Positions 17,343-27,498 of a stretch of DNA of 64,000 nucleotides are shown here, in pieces. Every line of letters begins with the position of its first letter. The first letter of the stretch is position 1. The stretch comes from Thermodesulfobacteriota bacterium. GTDB lineage: Bacteria > Desulfobacterota > Binatia > Bin18. The stretch spans positions 1,888,001 to 1,952,000 of the forward strand of contig OZ219926.1 of assembly GCA_964291405.2 (NCBI GenBank). The letters are read 5' to 3'. The notes beneath the pieces were generated by a model that was given only the letters and a program-made list of their open reading frames with translations, was not told where the DNA came from and ran no database searches. The position numbers were made by a program, and so were the translations under genes.

Positions 17343-17765
17343 ATGTCATTATCAGCAAGCAAACTCACAGTCGGAGATACCTACGAAGAACAAGTAGTCG
17401 AAGACCTCAAACGCACCCAACTCGTCCAATACGCCGGAGCATCGGGCGACTATAATCCGGTTCATACCGATGAAATTTTTGTCACCAAGGTGGCCGGCTA
17501 TCCTTCCGTTTTTGCCCACGGCATGCTGTCCATGGGTATGACCGGCAAGATGTTGACCAATTACGTCGGCGACGGCCGCCTCACCCAATACGGCGTACGC
17601 TTTACCCGCCAGGTCTGGCCCGGCGACTCCCTGACCGCCAAAGCCACGGTGAAAGCCATCCGTCAAGAAGAAGGCGGTCACATCGTCGATCTGGACGTCT
17701 CGACCGTCAATCAAGACGGGGTCGAGGTCGTCAGCGGCTACGCCTCGGCGCGGGTTGATCCGTAG
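17343..17765 (+). CDS. MaoC-family (R)-specific enoyl-CoA hydratase
   Basis: YAGASGDYNPVHTD and AHGML motifs. Confidence 0.9.
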   Translation: MSLSASKLTVGDTYEEQVVEDLKRTQLVQYAGASGDYNPVHTDEIFVTKVAGYPSVFAHGMLSMGMTGKMLTNYVGDGRLTQYGVRFTRQVWPGDSLTAKATVKAIRQEEGGHIVDLDVSTVNQDGVEVVSGYASARVDP

Positions 17766-17834
17766 GTTTCTGCAACAAGACTTTCCATCTGCCCTCTCCC
17801 GCTGAGCCTGTTGGGAGAGGGCGTACACAACTAT

Positions 17835-18425
17835 ATGTGGAGATACGTAGTGGAAGAGCTAACAGAAATCATAGAGGAAGCGACCACTAGAGTTAGTGAG
17901 GAATATTTCCGCCTCAAAATCGACGGTGGTTATCCCATATATCGCGAACTAGTCTATTGCTACGAGCTCTATCATCAAATGCGCTGCTGGTGGCCAACAA
18001 ACACGCCGTTCTATCTCAATGGTGAGGTCGATAAACGTGCTCATCCGATTCTGAAAAAATTAGAAGTGGACAATGTGAGACCTGATTTGCTCGTTCATCG
18101 GCCCGGCTGCATGGAGTACAATCATGCAATCATTGAAGTAAAACCTTCCAAAGTCAATAAAAACGGAAGCATAGAGAAGAAAACAAAATGTAATATACAT
18201 AAGGACTTAAAGACCTTATCAAGATTCAGGAGCGAAGCCGGCTATCAACGTGCCATCTATCTAGTCTACGGATGCGAGGCTGCTGACTTTGCAGCGCACG
18301 TGAAAAAAATTGCAGGTGAGTTTGAAGGGTTGAAGCCCATTGAGTTATGGCTACACGAGGAGCCTGGGAAACCAGCCGCGTGTCACACTATGCTCCCACG
18401 ACCTAACACAAGCGGTGGCTGCTAA
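17835..18425 (+). CDS. Hypothetical protein with PD-(D/E)xK-like motif
   Basis: YRELVYCYELYHQMR, GEVDK, RPDLLVH...IIEVK. AT-richer than neighbours. Start uncertain (17835 or 17850). Confidence 0.6.
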   Translation: MWRYVVEELTEIIEEATTRVSEEYFRLKIDGGYPIYRELVYCYELYHQMRCWWPTNTPFYLNGEVDKRAHPILKKLEVDNVRPDLLVHRPGCMEYNHAIIEVKPSKVNKNGSIEKKTKCNIHKDLKTLSRFRSEAGYQRAIYLVYGCEAADFAAHVKKIAGEFEGLKPIELWLHEEPGKPAACHTMLPRPNTSGGC

Positions 18426-18545
18426 GCTTCGACCTCCGATTCCAAAGTGCTGGCCCCTGGATGAAGCGGAGCGTAATTCAGGATGGGCGGTATGTCTCGG
18501 ATTGTCATCCTACTTCTCCCTTGTAAACCGTGATACAGAAAGAAC

Positions 18546-18800
18546 GTGGAACATACAGTCCTCAATCGTTTTCTGAGGCCGTTCGTTGAATGTCTGACGC
18601 CAGAAGTCGCTCAGCACATCGTGGACATCGAACTCGACCCGCACTCCCAAGCGCGGCTCGACGAACTCGCTACTAAAGCCAATGAGGGACATTTGGCCGA
18701 CGATGAGCGGCAGGAGTATGAGGAGTTTGTCGAAGGCATTGACCTGATGGGTATTCTCAAGGCCCAGGCACGAACTGTCCTGGTGAAACACGCGTCATAA
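18546..18800 (+). CDS. Small antitoxin-like hypothetical protein
   Basis: ARLDELATKANEGHLADDERQEYEEFV...LKAQAR pattern. Confidence 0.65.
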   Translation: MEHTVLNRFLRPFVECLTPEVAQHIVDIELDPHSQARLDELATKANEGHLADDERQEYEEFVEGIDLMGILKAQARTVLVKHAS

Positions 18801-18835
18801 TGGATGCCGCCCGCCACCTGGTATGCCGGCTCTGC

Positions 18836-19138
18836 TTATGCAGCATCCTTTTCTGAAGTCGTAAAAGTCACACTGATCCCAATGGCTCTGAGGATGGAAA
18901 GAAGACTCGCCAGCCTTGGGTTTCCATCTTCGGAGAGCATCTTGTACATGCTTTGCCGATTGAGCTGTGTTATTGCGGATAAGACCCCAAGTCCGCCGTG
19001 GGCTTCGGCGACATTTCGGAGAGCAATGAGAAACTCGTCCACCGCGCCATCTTCTATTGCCGCAGAGAGATAGGCCGCCGCGGTCTCCGGGTCTCGGAGT
19101 TCTTCGAGCAGGAATGTATCGTAGTCTTTAGTTGGCAT
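18836..19138 (-). CDS. Addiction-module antidote HTH protein (HI1420-like), apparently orphan
   Basis: LRDPETAAAYL, ALRNVAEAHGG, LNRQSMYKMLSEDGNPRL. Confidence 0.88.
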   Translation of the reverse strand: MPTKDYDTFLLEELRDPETAAAYLSAAIEDGAVDEFLIALRNVAEAHGGLGVLSAITQLNRQSMYKMLSEDGNPRLASLLSILRAIGISVTFTTSEKDAA

Positions 19139-19166
19139 TGTGCTGAAACTCCTTCCAATCGTAACG

Positions 19167-20342
19167 CTACCCTTCCAGACTGCGCGTGAGGTTTGTCATC
19201 ATACGCCACGGCAGGGCAGGCCCGACTTCGCGGGTCTGATATTGGTCCCCGCCATAGACGAGATAGGACTGTCGCACCTGCTCTTTTGCCAGGTGTTGAT
19301 AGTATTCGAGCCCCTGAAAAAAATCGGCGTTCAGAGTAGCACCGGATTTGATTTCGAGCGCGGTCACCTGATCGCCCCAATCGACGAGCACATCGACCTC
19401 CCTGCCCTTGTGATCCTGCCAGAAATGGAGCGGCAACCGCTTGCGGTGGTGGGCGTTCCATTTGTACAGCTCGCCGACGACCCAGCACTCAAACAGGTTG
19501 CCCCGGAGGGAGTGCAGGCGCAATTCATCCGCTGAACGAATACCGAGCAATCGGCTCGCGAGTCCGGTATCGTAGAAATAGAGCTTTGGTCGCTTGACCA
19601 AGCGTTTAGAGAAATTGCGGTGGTGAGGAGTGAGGCGGTAGGCGATATAGCTCGCTTCCAGAACGGAAAGCCAGGCGCTGGCGGTATTATGGGTGATTCC
19701 GGCGTCGTTCGCGAGCCCGCTCAGGTCGAGTACCTGCCCGATTCGTCCGGCACAAAGCCGCACAAAGGTTTGAAAAACATGGAGATTCTGGACAGCCGTA
19801 ATCTGACGGACATCCCGTTCGACATAGGTGCGGATGTAGTCGCCGTACCAGTCGAGCGGGTCAAGGTTGCGGTCGAACAGGGGGGGATATTGTCCGGTGA
19901 AGAGCAGGTGATCGAGCGACGGAATCTGGATGTCTGCTGTTTGCAACTCGGCAAAGGAAAAGGGCAGGAGGTCGAACAGCGCCACTCGCCCAGCCAGCGT
20001 TTGCGAAATCCCATCAAGAAAACCAAAGTGCCGAGAGCCTGTGAGGACGAAGAATCCCGGCTCTTGACGTTCATCCACAATCCCCTGGATATAGGAGAAA
20101 AGGTCGGGCGCCCTTTGGACCTCGTCGATAATAGCGCCCCTGGGAAATCCTCCGAGAAATCGTCTGGGGTCAGACAGGGCAAAGTCCAACTGGTCCGGGT
20201 CTTCCAGGCTGACGTAGGCTTTGTCTGGAAAAATCGCACGCGACAACGTTGTTTTCCCAGACTGGCGAGGCCCGGTTATGGCGATGACAGGATAGCCCTG
20301 CGCGGCTTGACGTAGAGCCGGAGCCATTTCTCTTTCGATCAT
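19167..20342 (-). CDS. AAA_14 ATPase with DUF4143 domain
   Basis: GPRQSGKT, IIDEVQR, LTGS, LAGR, KRPKLYFYDTGL, EVD...EIKSG. Confidence 0.92.
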   Translation of the reverse strand: MIEREMAPALRQAAQGYPVIAITGPRQSGKTTLSRAIFPDKAYVSLEDPDQLDFALSDPRRFLGGFPRGAIIDEVQRAPDLFSYIQGIVDERQEPGFFVLTGSRHFGFLDGISQTLAGRVALFDLLPFSFAELQTADIQIPSLDHLLFTGQYPPLFDRNLDPLDWYGDYIRTYVERDVRQITAVQNLHVFQTFVRLCAGRIGQVLDLSGLANDAGITHNTASAWLSVLEASYIAYRLTPHHRNFSKRLVKRPKLYFYDTGLASRLLGIRSADELRLHSLRGNLFECWVVGELYKWNAHHRKRLPLHFWQDHKGREVDVLVDWGDQVTALEIKSGATLNADFFQGLEYYQHLAKEQVRQSYLVYGGDQYQTREVGPALPWRMMTNLTRSLEG

Positions 20343-20529
20343 AAGTATAGATAATAGAATGATAAGTACAATATTTCAATCATTTTGACAAAAATATATC
20401 CAAACTAGAACCATAAAATTGTCATAACAGGCGGAAGAGAGGACTGGAGGCCAAGATTCCGGCTGGTCTTTATGCGAAGGTCGTCGTATGGTGAGAATAT
20501 CTTGTCATACGAATGTTGCGAGGAGCACT

Positions 20530-21261
20530 ATGGATACCGAAGCCATTCGCCAAGCACGCATTGATCTCACCGCCATACTGCGCTGGGCAGACCGGCTCGG
20601 CCTGAGTGAGGGCATCTGTAATCACTTCAGCTTGGTCGTCCCAGGCACGACGGACCGCTTTCTGATCAACCCTCAGGGCCTCCATTGGTCTGAGATGCAG
20701 ACAAGCGACCTGGTCGTCGTCGACCCGGACGGGAACGTGATCGAAGGCAAGTGGCAGGTCGAGCCCACGGCCTTCTTTATCCATTCCCAGATTCACCGCG
20801 GTAACCCGTCTGCCCAGTGCGTGCTCCACACCCATATGCCGTATGCGACCACCCTGTGCGCAATCGATGGTGGTCGTCTCGAATGGATCAGCCAGAATGC
20901 GCTGCGCTTCTATCAGCGGGTTGCGTACGAAGAGGCGTATAACGGTCTGGCCCTGGACGAGGCGGAAGGGCAGCGGCTCAGGGAAAAGCTGATCGAGGGG
21001 AAGGTTGCCTTTCTCGCCAACCACGGCGTGATTGTGATTGGGCCGGACGTGGCAACCGCGTTCGACGACTTATACTACCTGGAGCGGGCGTGCATGGTTC
21101 AGGTGCTGGCCCACTCAACAGGCTTGCCGCTCAAACGTATCTCCGCTCAAGTGAGTCGTTACACGAGTGAGCAGTTCGAAACGGCACGCCAACAAGCCGC
21201 CCTCCATCTGGAGGCGATCAAACGGATGCTGAAACGTGAGGCTCCCGAATTCCTGGAATAA
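20530..21261 (+). CDS. Class II aldolase/adducin family protein
   Basis: EGICNHFS, FFIHSQIH, LHTHMPYAT, LANHGVI. Confidence 0.9.
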   Translation: MDTEAIRQARIDLTAILRWADRLGLSEGICNHFSLVVPGTTDRFLINPQGLHWSEMQTSDLVVVDPDGNVIEGKWQVEPTAFFIHSQIHRGNPSAQCVLHTHMPYATTLCAIDGGRLEWISQNALRFYQRVAYEEAYNGLALDEAEGQRLREKLIEGKVAFLANHGVIVIGPDVATAFDDLYYLERACMVQVLAHSTGLPLKRISAQVSRYTSEQFETARQQAALHLEAIKRMLKREAPEFLE

Positions 21262-21274
21262 GTTCAATGCGAAA

Positions 21275-21296
21275 AGGGGGGCCTCCCGGCCCCCCT
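21275..21296. terminator. Probable bidirectional intrinsic terminator
   Basis: AGGGGGGCC-TCCC-GGCCCCCCT flanked by an A run and a T run, between convergent genes. Confidence 0.65.
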
Positions 21297-21350
21297 GCTT
21301 TGATCAGGATTGTCTTGATAATCCTGTAATCCCTTAATCCTGATTGGTCT

Positions 21351-22238
21351 TTAGACGTCCAGACGATAGCCAGCACCGTCTCGGACCAGCTTGCCGGCGG
21401 TCGGCCCAGCAAAGTGGGTGCCGATAATCAGCGTCGGCGTATCCGCAAACTGCTCAAAGGTTCGCCAGCGGGTGGCCAGCGCCATGTTGTTATCGATATC
21501 GAACGGCGTGCAGATATTCGGGTCGTGGAACTGGATCGGGTGATGAATAAAGTCCCCGGTAATCATGGCCGCCTCACCATTGGACTCAACCACGACTGAG
21601 CAGTGTCCGGGCGTATGGCCCGGCGTCGGAATCAGCCGCACCCCTTCGCAAATCGTCGTCGGCGCGTCGATCGACTTGGCCAGACCGGCGTCAAAGACCG
21701 GCTGCATGGAGTCCTCAAACACGCGGCGTTGAATATTGAAGAAGTCCACCGCATCGGCCGGCAGGTTGGCGATCATGTCGTCGTCAATCTTGCCAAACAG
21801 TTCCAGATCTTTCTGATCCATCAGATAGGACGCGTTCGGAAAGGTCGGGACCCATTTGCCGTCAACCAACTTCGTGTTCCAGCCCACATGGTCAAGATGC
21901 AGGTGGGTGCACATGACGTAGTCGATGCCGTCCGGGTCGTAACCGGCCGCCTTCATGTCGTCCAAGAAGGAGGTTGAAAGATTGCTCATGATGTCCAGGG
22001 GGGCGCGGTTGCGACCGTTGCCGATGCAGGTGTCCACCACCACGGTCGCACCGGGCGTGTCCACGATCAGCGCATGAATGCTCAGGGAGAGCATGCCTTC
22101 GGGCGTAACAAAGTGAGGAAAGAGCCACTCGACCTGTTTCACCACCTCGGGTGTTGCGGTCGGCAGCACATCCGAAAATTCCGGATACACGATCTCCTCA
22201 ATCTTCGTGATTTTGGTATCACCTATCTGCCAATGCAT
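21351..22238 (-). CDS. MBL-fold metallo-hydrolase
   Basis: THLHLDHVGWN, PGHTPGH, GDFIHH, GTHF. Confidence 0.92.
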   Translation of the reverse strand: MHWQIGDTKITKIEEIVYPEFSDVLPTATPEVVKQVEWLFPHFVTPEGMLSLSIHALIVDTPGATVVVDTCIGNGRNRAPLDIMSNLSTSFLDDMKAAGYDPDGIDYVMCTHLHLDHVGWNTKLVDGKWVPTFPNASYLMDQKDLELFGKIDDDMIANLPADAVDFFNIQRRVFEDSMQPVFDAGLAKSIDAPTTICEGVRLIPTPGHTPGHCSVVVESNGEAAMITGDFIHHPIQFHDPNICTPFDIDNNMALATRWRTFEQFADTPTLIIGTHFAGPTAGKLVRDGAGYRLDV

Positions 22239-22338
22239 AATATCCTCCTGTTCTCTGCATTGTTCTGGCGTTTTTGTTGCTTGGTGTTGGGCCTTTTTTC
22301 CTCTCCCACTGGGGGAGCGGGCTTGCTTTGCAACTGGT

Positions 22339-22863
22339 CTATAGCGGTCCCGGTCGAACGGGGTCCTTGCCGTCCCAATTTTTTGCTGCGTCCTCAACTA
22401 GCATAAACAAATCCTTGAAGACAGCATTATTGTCCCACAGCTCGGTATAATGACCGATGGTGCTGACCGTGTCAAAATACACCAGTTCGGCATTGCCGAC
22501 CGTACACTCAAACGCGGCCTCATGGCCCAGCTCTTGATACTGGGCATAGGCGGCTTTGTAGTCTTCGGGCATGAGGCCGAAATGATGGACGCCGACCCGA
22601 CCGGCATCCAGAAACTCCTTGTATACGGATGGCTCATCGTTATGTTGAAAGATAAGTTCGATCTGGAGGGCGCCGCTATTGCCCAGGGCTAAGGTCACAT
22701 CCACGTTCGAGGGATTGCCCCGGTAGCGCTGATTTCTGAGCGGACAGTGTTCAAACAAATAGAACGGCCCCACCTTTAGCACATCCACCCAGTATTTGAG
22801 TGCGGCGTCCATGTCTCTGACCACATAGGCCAACTGACGAACGGTATGCAGCGGTTGTGTCAT
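22339..22863 (-). CDS. VOC family protein (methylmalonyl-CoA epimerase-like fold)
   Basis: RQLAYVVRD, QIELI, GVHHFG, YFDT. Confidence 0.85.
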   Translation of the reverse strand: MTQPLHTVRQLAYVVRDMDAALKYWVDVLKVGPFYLFEHCPLRNQRYRGNPSNVDVTLALGNSGALQIELIFQHNDEPSVYKEFLDAGRVGVHHFGLMPEDYKAAYAQYQELGHEAAFECTVGNAELVYFDTVSTIGHYTELWDNNAVFKDLFMLVEDAAKNWDGKDPVRPGPL

Positions 22864-23048
22864 CTGATTCCCCCCTTGTGTAAACATTCGATCGCGGTCA
22901 GGATCAAGCAGTTGAGCCAACCGGACTGTTAGCGTCTTAGCTTACATCGGAGTGATCGACAAGGATAAGTGTCTACCGGTGTGGGCGTACGGACCACGAA
23001 CCCGGCTGACCTGCCTGGAGCGGGTGTATACGTTAGGAGGAGGCTTCC

Positions 23049-23297
23049 TTGGACTCGCCAAAAATTGAGTATCCGTGCACCTGGTCGTTCAAGATCATTG
23101 GTTCCGATGCCGCCCAGATCACGGATGCTATAGTCGCTATGCTTGAGGCGTTCGAATATCAGCTCAGCGAATCGCGCCACAGTCGGACGGGGAAGTACAC
23201 GTCGTTTAATCTCTCCGTTCACGTCAAGAGCGAACAAGAGCGGCTGGCCATATTCAGCGGCCTCAAGCGTATTCCGAGTGTCAAAGTAATCCTGTAA
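23049..23297 (+). CDS. DUF493/YbeD family protein
   Basis: IEYPCTWSFKIIG and SRTGKYTS. TTG start with AGGAGG RBS. Confidence 0.85.
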   Translation: MDSPKIEYPCTWSFKIIGSDAAQITDAIVAMLEAFEYQLSESRHSRTGKYTSFNLSVHVKSEQERLAIFSGLKRIPSVKVIL

Positions 23298-23331
23298 GTA
23301 AGAAGACACCCGTCAGGAAGGAGATTTCGTA

Positions 23332-24561
23332 ATGAAGTTCATGTATTTTTGTCTGCCGTCCATTCCCGCCACTCCCCAAGAGCGGAAGGACCTCCGACCC
23401 ATTGCCCACCACACCGAGCGCTGGCAAAAAATGTTCGACGAGGTTGCCGAGATTGCACGTATGGTGGAAGACCTGGGCTTCACCGGCGTCGGCTTCCCCG
23501 AGCACCATCTGCATACCGAAGGCATGGAGATCGGCAGCCTGCCCCTTCTGACCCAATACGTCATTCACCAGACCTCAACGCTCAAGGTCGGCCCCATCGG
23601 CTACGTCCTGCCAGGCTGGAACCCGCTGCGGCTCGCCCTGGAAATTGCCTGGCTCGACCAGCTCACCAAAGGGCGCACGCATGTCGGGTTCGCCCGCGGC
23701 TATCAATCCCGCTGGCTCAGTCCCATGGCGCAGAAGATTCACATCGGCGCGACGGCCAGCGATCAGAGCGACGTCGACATGCGTAATCGCGAGGCGTTTG
23801 AGGAGGTGTTTCAGATTCTGAAACTGGCCTGGAAGGATGAACCCTTTCGGTTCAAGGGCAAACACTATGAGTATCCGTATCCCTATGAGGAGGGTACGCC
23901 CTGGCAGGCCCACGAATGGACGCGCGAACACGGCTCTCCGGGCGAGGTCGATGACAACGGTCGGGTCCAGATGATCGATGTCGTACCCAAGCCGTATCAG
24001 AAGCCCCACCCCACCCTCTTCCAGGCATTCTCCATGAGCGAGGCTACCGTCCGCTGGTGTGCCAGAGAGAACATCGTGCCGACCCTGTTCATCTCCGATC
24101 ACGACCAGGTGCGTTTTTTTGCCGAGACCCACGTCGAAGAAGCCAAGACCGCCGGCCGTGCACTCGAGTTTGGTGAATCGCTCGGTGTGCTGCGCGCCAT
24201 TTATCCCGGAGACACCCAGGAGGCCGCCAGAAAAATGCTGACGGCTGGCTTCTGTGGCTATGGCTTTCAGAATTTCTTCTACCATTTCGGCTTTCTGGAG
24301 GCCTTCCGCACCGAAGCCGACAACAAAAAATACGGCGAGGGGCCAATGCCCGCCTCCGAAGCCACCCCCGAGCGGATGATCGGCTCGAATTTTGCCCTGG
24401 CCGGAACAACGAGTGATATCCGTCGCGCTATGGATCAGTTGATCGAAGCGGGAAATCCAGAGTGGTTTATCTGGCAGGGCGACCAGGGCCTCCTGCCGAT
24501 TGAAGAAGTCAAACGCGCCATCCGGAAAGTCGGCGAGGAAGTCCTGCCGCACTATATGTAG
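23332..24561 (+). CDS. LLM-class flavin-dependent oxidoreductase
   Basis: FPEHH, NPLRLA, LDQLTKGR...GFARGYQ, PKPYQKPHP. Confidence 0.9.
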   Translation: MKFMYFCLPSIPATPQERKDLRPIAHHTERWQKMFDEVAEIARMVEDLGFTGVGFPEHHLHTEGMEIGSLPLLTQYVIHQTSTLKVGPIGYVLPGWNPLRLALEIAWLDQLTKGRTHVGFARGYQSRWLSPMAQKIHIGATASDQSDVDMRNREAFEEVFQILKLAWKDEPFRFKGKHYEYPYPYEEGTPWQAHEWTREHGSPGEVDDNGRVQMIDVVPKPYQKPHPTLFQAFSMSEATVRWCARENIVPTLFISDHDQVRFFAETHVEEAKTAGRALEFGESLGVLRAIYPGDTQEAARKMLTAGFCGYGFQNFFYHFGFLEAFRTEADNKKYGEGPMPASEATPERMIGSNFALAGTTSDIRRAMDQLIEAGNPEWFIWQGDQGLLPIEEVKRAIRKVGEEVLPHYM

Positions 24562-24674
24562 GGCGTTCGTAATGACATGAAAGGATGTATGAGCTGCTGG
24601 AGAAGCGCACGCAGGCAAAGGCGTCGCTCGGACCGATTCATGTTGGGCCAAGGTCCTCCTAACAGAGGAATTCT

Positions 24675-25814
24675 ATGAAGTTTGGAATCTTTCTCCCAAA
24701 TGGCAGCAACGGCTATATCCTAAGCAAGGCGATTCCACCGTATATGCCAACGTGGGAGCTGAACAGAGATATTACCCTTGAAGCCGAGCGTCTCGGATTC
24801 GATTTCGTCCTATCGATGATGAAATTTCGTGGGTTTGGGGGCGAGACCGGATATTGGGACGGGTGCCTGGAGTCGTTTTCACTGACCTCAGCCCTCGCCA
24901 CCGTAACGCAGCGGATCGGCTTGATTCCGACCGCCTCTCTCCTGGCGCTTCACCCGGCTTATGTCGCCCGTACCATGGCAACCCTGGACGACATCAGCGG
25001 TGGTCGGGTCGGGCTCAATATTGTCACCGGCTGGAATAAGCCGGAGTACGCTCAGATGGGTCTCTGGCGCGGGGATGCGTATTACGAGCAACGCTATGCG
25101 TATGCGCTCGACTACGTCCACGTGCTGCGGACCTTGTGGAGAGACGGGACCATCACCCACCACAGCGCCTACTTTGATCTGGACGACTGTCAGTGTTTCC
25201 CCACTCCCACCCACGAGATTCCCCTGGTCTCCGCAGGGCAGTCGAGCGCTGGACAAGATTTTGTCTCCCAGATCGGTGGGCACAGTTTTGCGATGGTCGC
25301 CCCCGAACGGCTGCACACTATCGCCTCCGGCCTCAAGCAAGCTGGAGCACAGTACGGGACGCGGGTGGGCACCTACGGCTTGTTTCAAATTGTCGCAGCA
25401 GAAACCGAAGACCTGGCCTGGCAAACCACCTCGGATATTGTGGCTGGGGGCGATATAGAGGCCATCAAGTCGCTGGTCTACTCGGCGAGTCTGGACACGG
25501 TCAAGGGCGGAACATCGGGCCAGTTCCGGAATGAAGATGCCGGCGCTGATGCGGACTTACTGGCCGGGGACGTTGAGAGCGGGAATATGGTGTTTATGAA
25601 TGTGCCCGTCCTGGTCGGTTCGTATGAAACGGTCGCTCGAAAGATCGACCGCATTGCTGAGGACCGCAATATCGAAGGCATGTTGTTCTGCTGGCCAGAC
25701 TGGGTCGCAGGGATTCGGACCTTTGGCGAGCGGGTATTACCACTGATCGACTGTCGGAAAAATTGGGATGGGGAGACTATGGGGGACCTACGGACACTCC
25801 GGGCTGACTGCTGA
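24675..25814 (+). CDS. LLM-class monooxygenase, RutA-like
   Basis: PPYMPTWELN, FVLSMMKFRGFGGETGYWD..LESF and LVGSYETVA resemble pyrimidine monooxygenase RutA. Confidence 0.85.
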   Translation: MKFGIFLPNGSNGYILSKAIPPYMPTWELNRDITLEAERLGFDFVLSMMKFRGFGGETGYWDGCLESFSLTSALATVTQRIGLIPTASLLALHPAYVARTMATLDDISGGRVGLNIVTGWNKPEYAQMGLWRGDAYYEQRYAYALDYVHVLRTLWRDGTITHHSAYFDLDDCQCFPTPTHEIPLVSAGQSSAGQDFVSQIGGHSFAMVAPERLHTIASGLKQAGAQYGTRVGTYGLFQIVAAETEDLAWQTTSDIVAGGDIEAIKSLVYSASLDTVKGGTSGQFRNEDAGADADLLAGDVESGNMVFMNVPVLVGSYETVARKIDRIAEDRNIEGMLFCWPDWVAGIRTFGERVLPLIDCRKNWDGETMGDLRTLRADC

Positions 25815-25855
25815 ACCACTATTCTCTCCACTCATCGATTCAGGAGGAGAAATCG

Positions 25856-27457
25856 ATGCAAAAAGCAACACACATGCCGCAGGAGACCGGCAACGGCTCA
25901 GTGTCCTACCAGCCCGATACCTCACAACAACAAGTCGTACGCGAGCCGCCAACGGGTCAGGAATTTCTCGAAGGACTCCGTGACGGACGGGTCATCTATT
26001 TCGATGGTGAATTGGTCAAAGATGTCACCACCCACCCCGCCTTTGCCACCAGCGCCCGCTCGTATGCCCGCATGTACGATACGCTCCACGACCCGGAGAA
26101 GCACGACCTCTTGACCTACGTGACGGAGCGGGGGGCTCGTTCACACAAGTTCTACAAACTCCCCCGTACCCCTCAAGACCTCCTCGAGGCTCGTGATGCC
26201 ATCGCCGAGTGGGCGCGCTTGAGTTGGGGTACGCTCTCTCGCGGCCCCGATTATAAGGCCGCGTTGGTCGGAACGCTGGCCGGGGATGTCGACTTTTATG
26301 GTGAGTATGCCCCGAACGTGCAGCGTTGGTATGAGAAGATCGCCGACGAGGTGATGTTCGTCAATCTGAGCTTGGTCAATCCGGCCGGCGATCGCTCAAA
26401 GCCGCCGGCCGAGCAGCGCGATGTGTATATGCACGTCGTCAAAGAGCGTGATGATGGCATTGTTGTTCGTGGGGCGCGCATGGTCTCTACCGGGGCCGCC
26501 TTCAGCCATGTCACCTACATGAGTCAGTATATCCAGCCGACCGGGCTGGCTGAGGGCGAAGAGGACTTCGCCGTTGGCTTCTTCGTGCCCTTCAATGCCC
26601 CAGGCCTCACCTTCATGGGTCGCTACTCTTACGAACACCTGGCGAAAAAAATCGGCTCCCCCTTCGACTATCCTCTCTCCAGCCGTTTCGACGAGTCTGA
26701 TCTGAGTATCGTACTCGACGACGTGTTTATCCCCTGGGAAGACGTGACGGTCTACCGCAACCCAGCCGTTGTCAACGGCCTCTTCCCACGCGGCTTTGCC
26801 CAGCGGTTTGCCTTTCACGCCGCGGCGCGAACCGCGGTCAAGCTTGATTTTATTTGCGGCTTACTCCTCCGGGCGACAGAAATGCAGCAGAAGACCGGCT
26901 TCCGCGAGGTACAAGCGAGGATTGGCGAGTTGCTCGGCATGCGGCATAACCTCTGGGCACTGTCCACAGCAATGGCAGCCGAGGCCGAACCTGGGCCAGG
27001 GGGCTATCTCCTGCCAAAGACCGAGTACGCGCTTCAGTGGCGCAATATCTACGGCGATATCTTCAGTACGGCTCGGACGATATTCCACAATCTCCTCTCC
27101 GGCAACTTGATCCAGATCCCCTCCTCGGCCAAGGATTTTAAGAACCCGGCCACCCGTCCGTTGCTCGACCGCTACTGGAAAGGGGCCACCGCTCCGGCAG
27201 AAGAACGAGTGAAGCTGTTACGCGTCATCTGGGACTTGTTTCTCACCGAGTTCGCCGGCCGCACAGAGGCCCACGAGCGCAACTTCGCCGGTGGTTATGA
27301 ACCGAATCGGGTCGAGACCTATCAGGCGGCCGAGCATTCGGGTCTGAACGCCTCAATGAAAGCCATGGTCGACGAGTGCATGAGCCACTACGATCTGGAT
27401 GGCTGGACAGATTCTACGTGGGCAGACGTGCCTTGGTCACTCCCGGATTCAGAGTAG
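25856..27457 (+). CDS. 4-hydroxyphenylacetate 3-hydroxylase (HpaB-like) oxygenase
   Basis: LRDGRVIYFDGE, DVTTHPAF, SRGPDYKA, FDYPLSSRFDESD, VFIPWE. Confidence 0.9.
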   Translation: MQKATHMPQETGNGSVSYQPDTSQQQVVREPPTGQEFLEGLRDGRVIYFDGELVKDVTTHPAFATSARSYARMYDTLHDPEKHDLLTYVTERGARSHKFYKLPRTPQDLLEARDAIAEWARLSWGTLSRGPDYKAALVGTLAGDVDFYGEYAPNVQRWYEKIADEVMFVNLSLVNPAGDRSKPPAEQRDVYMHVVKERDDGIVVRGARMVSTGAAFSHVTYMSQYIQPTGLAEGEEDFAVGFFVPFNAPGLTFMGRYSYEHLAKKIGSPFDYPLSSRFDESDLSIVLDDVFIPWEDVTVYRNPAVVNGLFPRGFAQRFAFHAAARTAVKLDFICGLLLRATEMQQKTGFREVQARIGELLGMRHNLWALSTAMAAEAEPGPGGYLLPKTEYALQWRNIYGDIFSTARTIFHNLLSGNLIQIPSSAKDFKNPATRPLLDRYWKGATAPAEERVKLLRVIWDLFLTEFAGRTEAHERNFAGGYEPNRVETYQAAEHSGLNASMKAMVDECMSHYDLDGWTDSTWADVPWSLPDSE

Positions 27458-27498
27458 GCCACGAAGCTTGGTGTCGCGATGAATGAAGGAGGAGAACA

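Noticed and set aside
21299-21346. AATCC(T/C) short repeats as a CRISPR array
   Set aside because: Short degenerate units with no spacers and no cas genes. No CRISPR array was seen anywhere in the window.
23575-24651. Long antisense ORFs (also 33260..34372, 27808..28695, 9849..11057, 47206..48048)
   Set aside because: Shadow frames opposite well-supported genes, as expected in GC-rich DNA.
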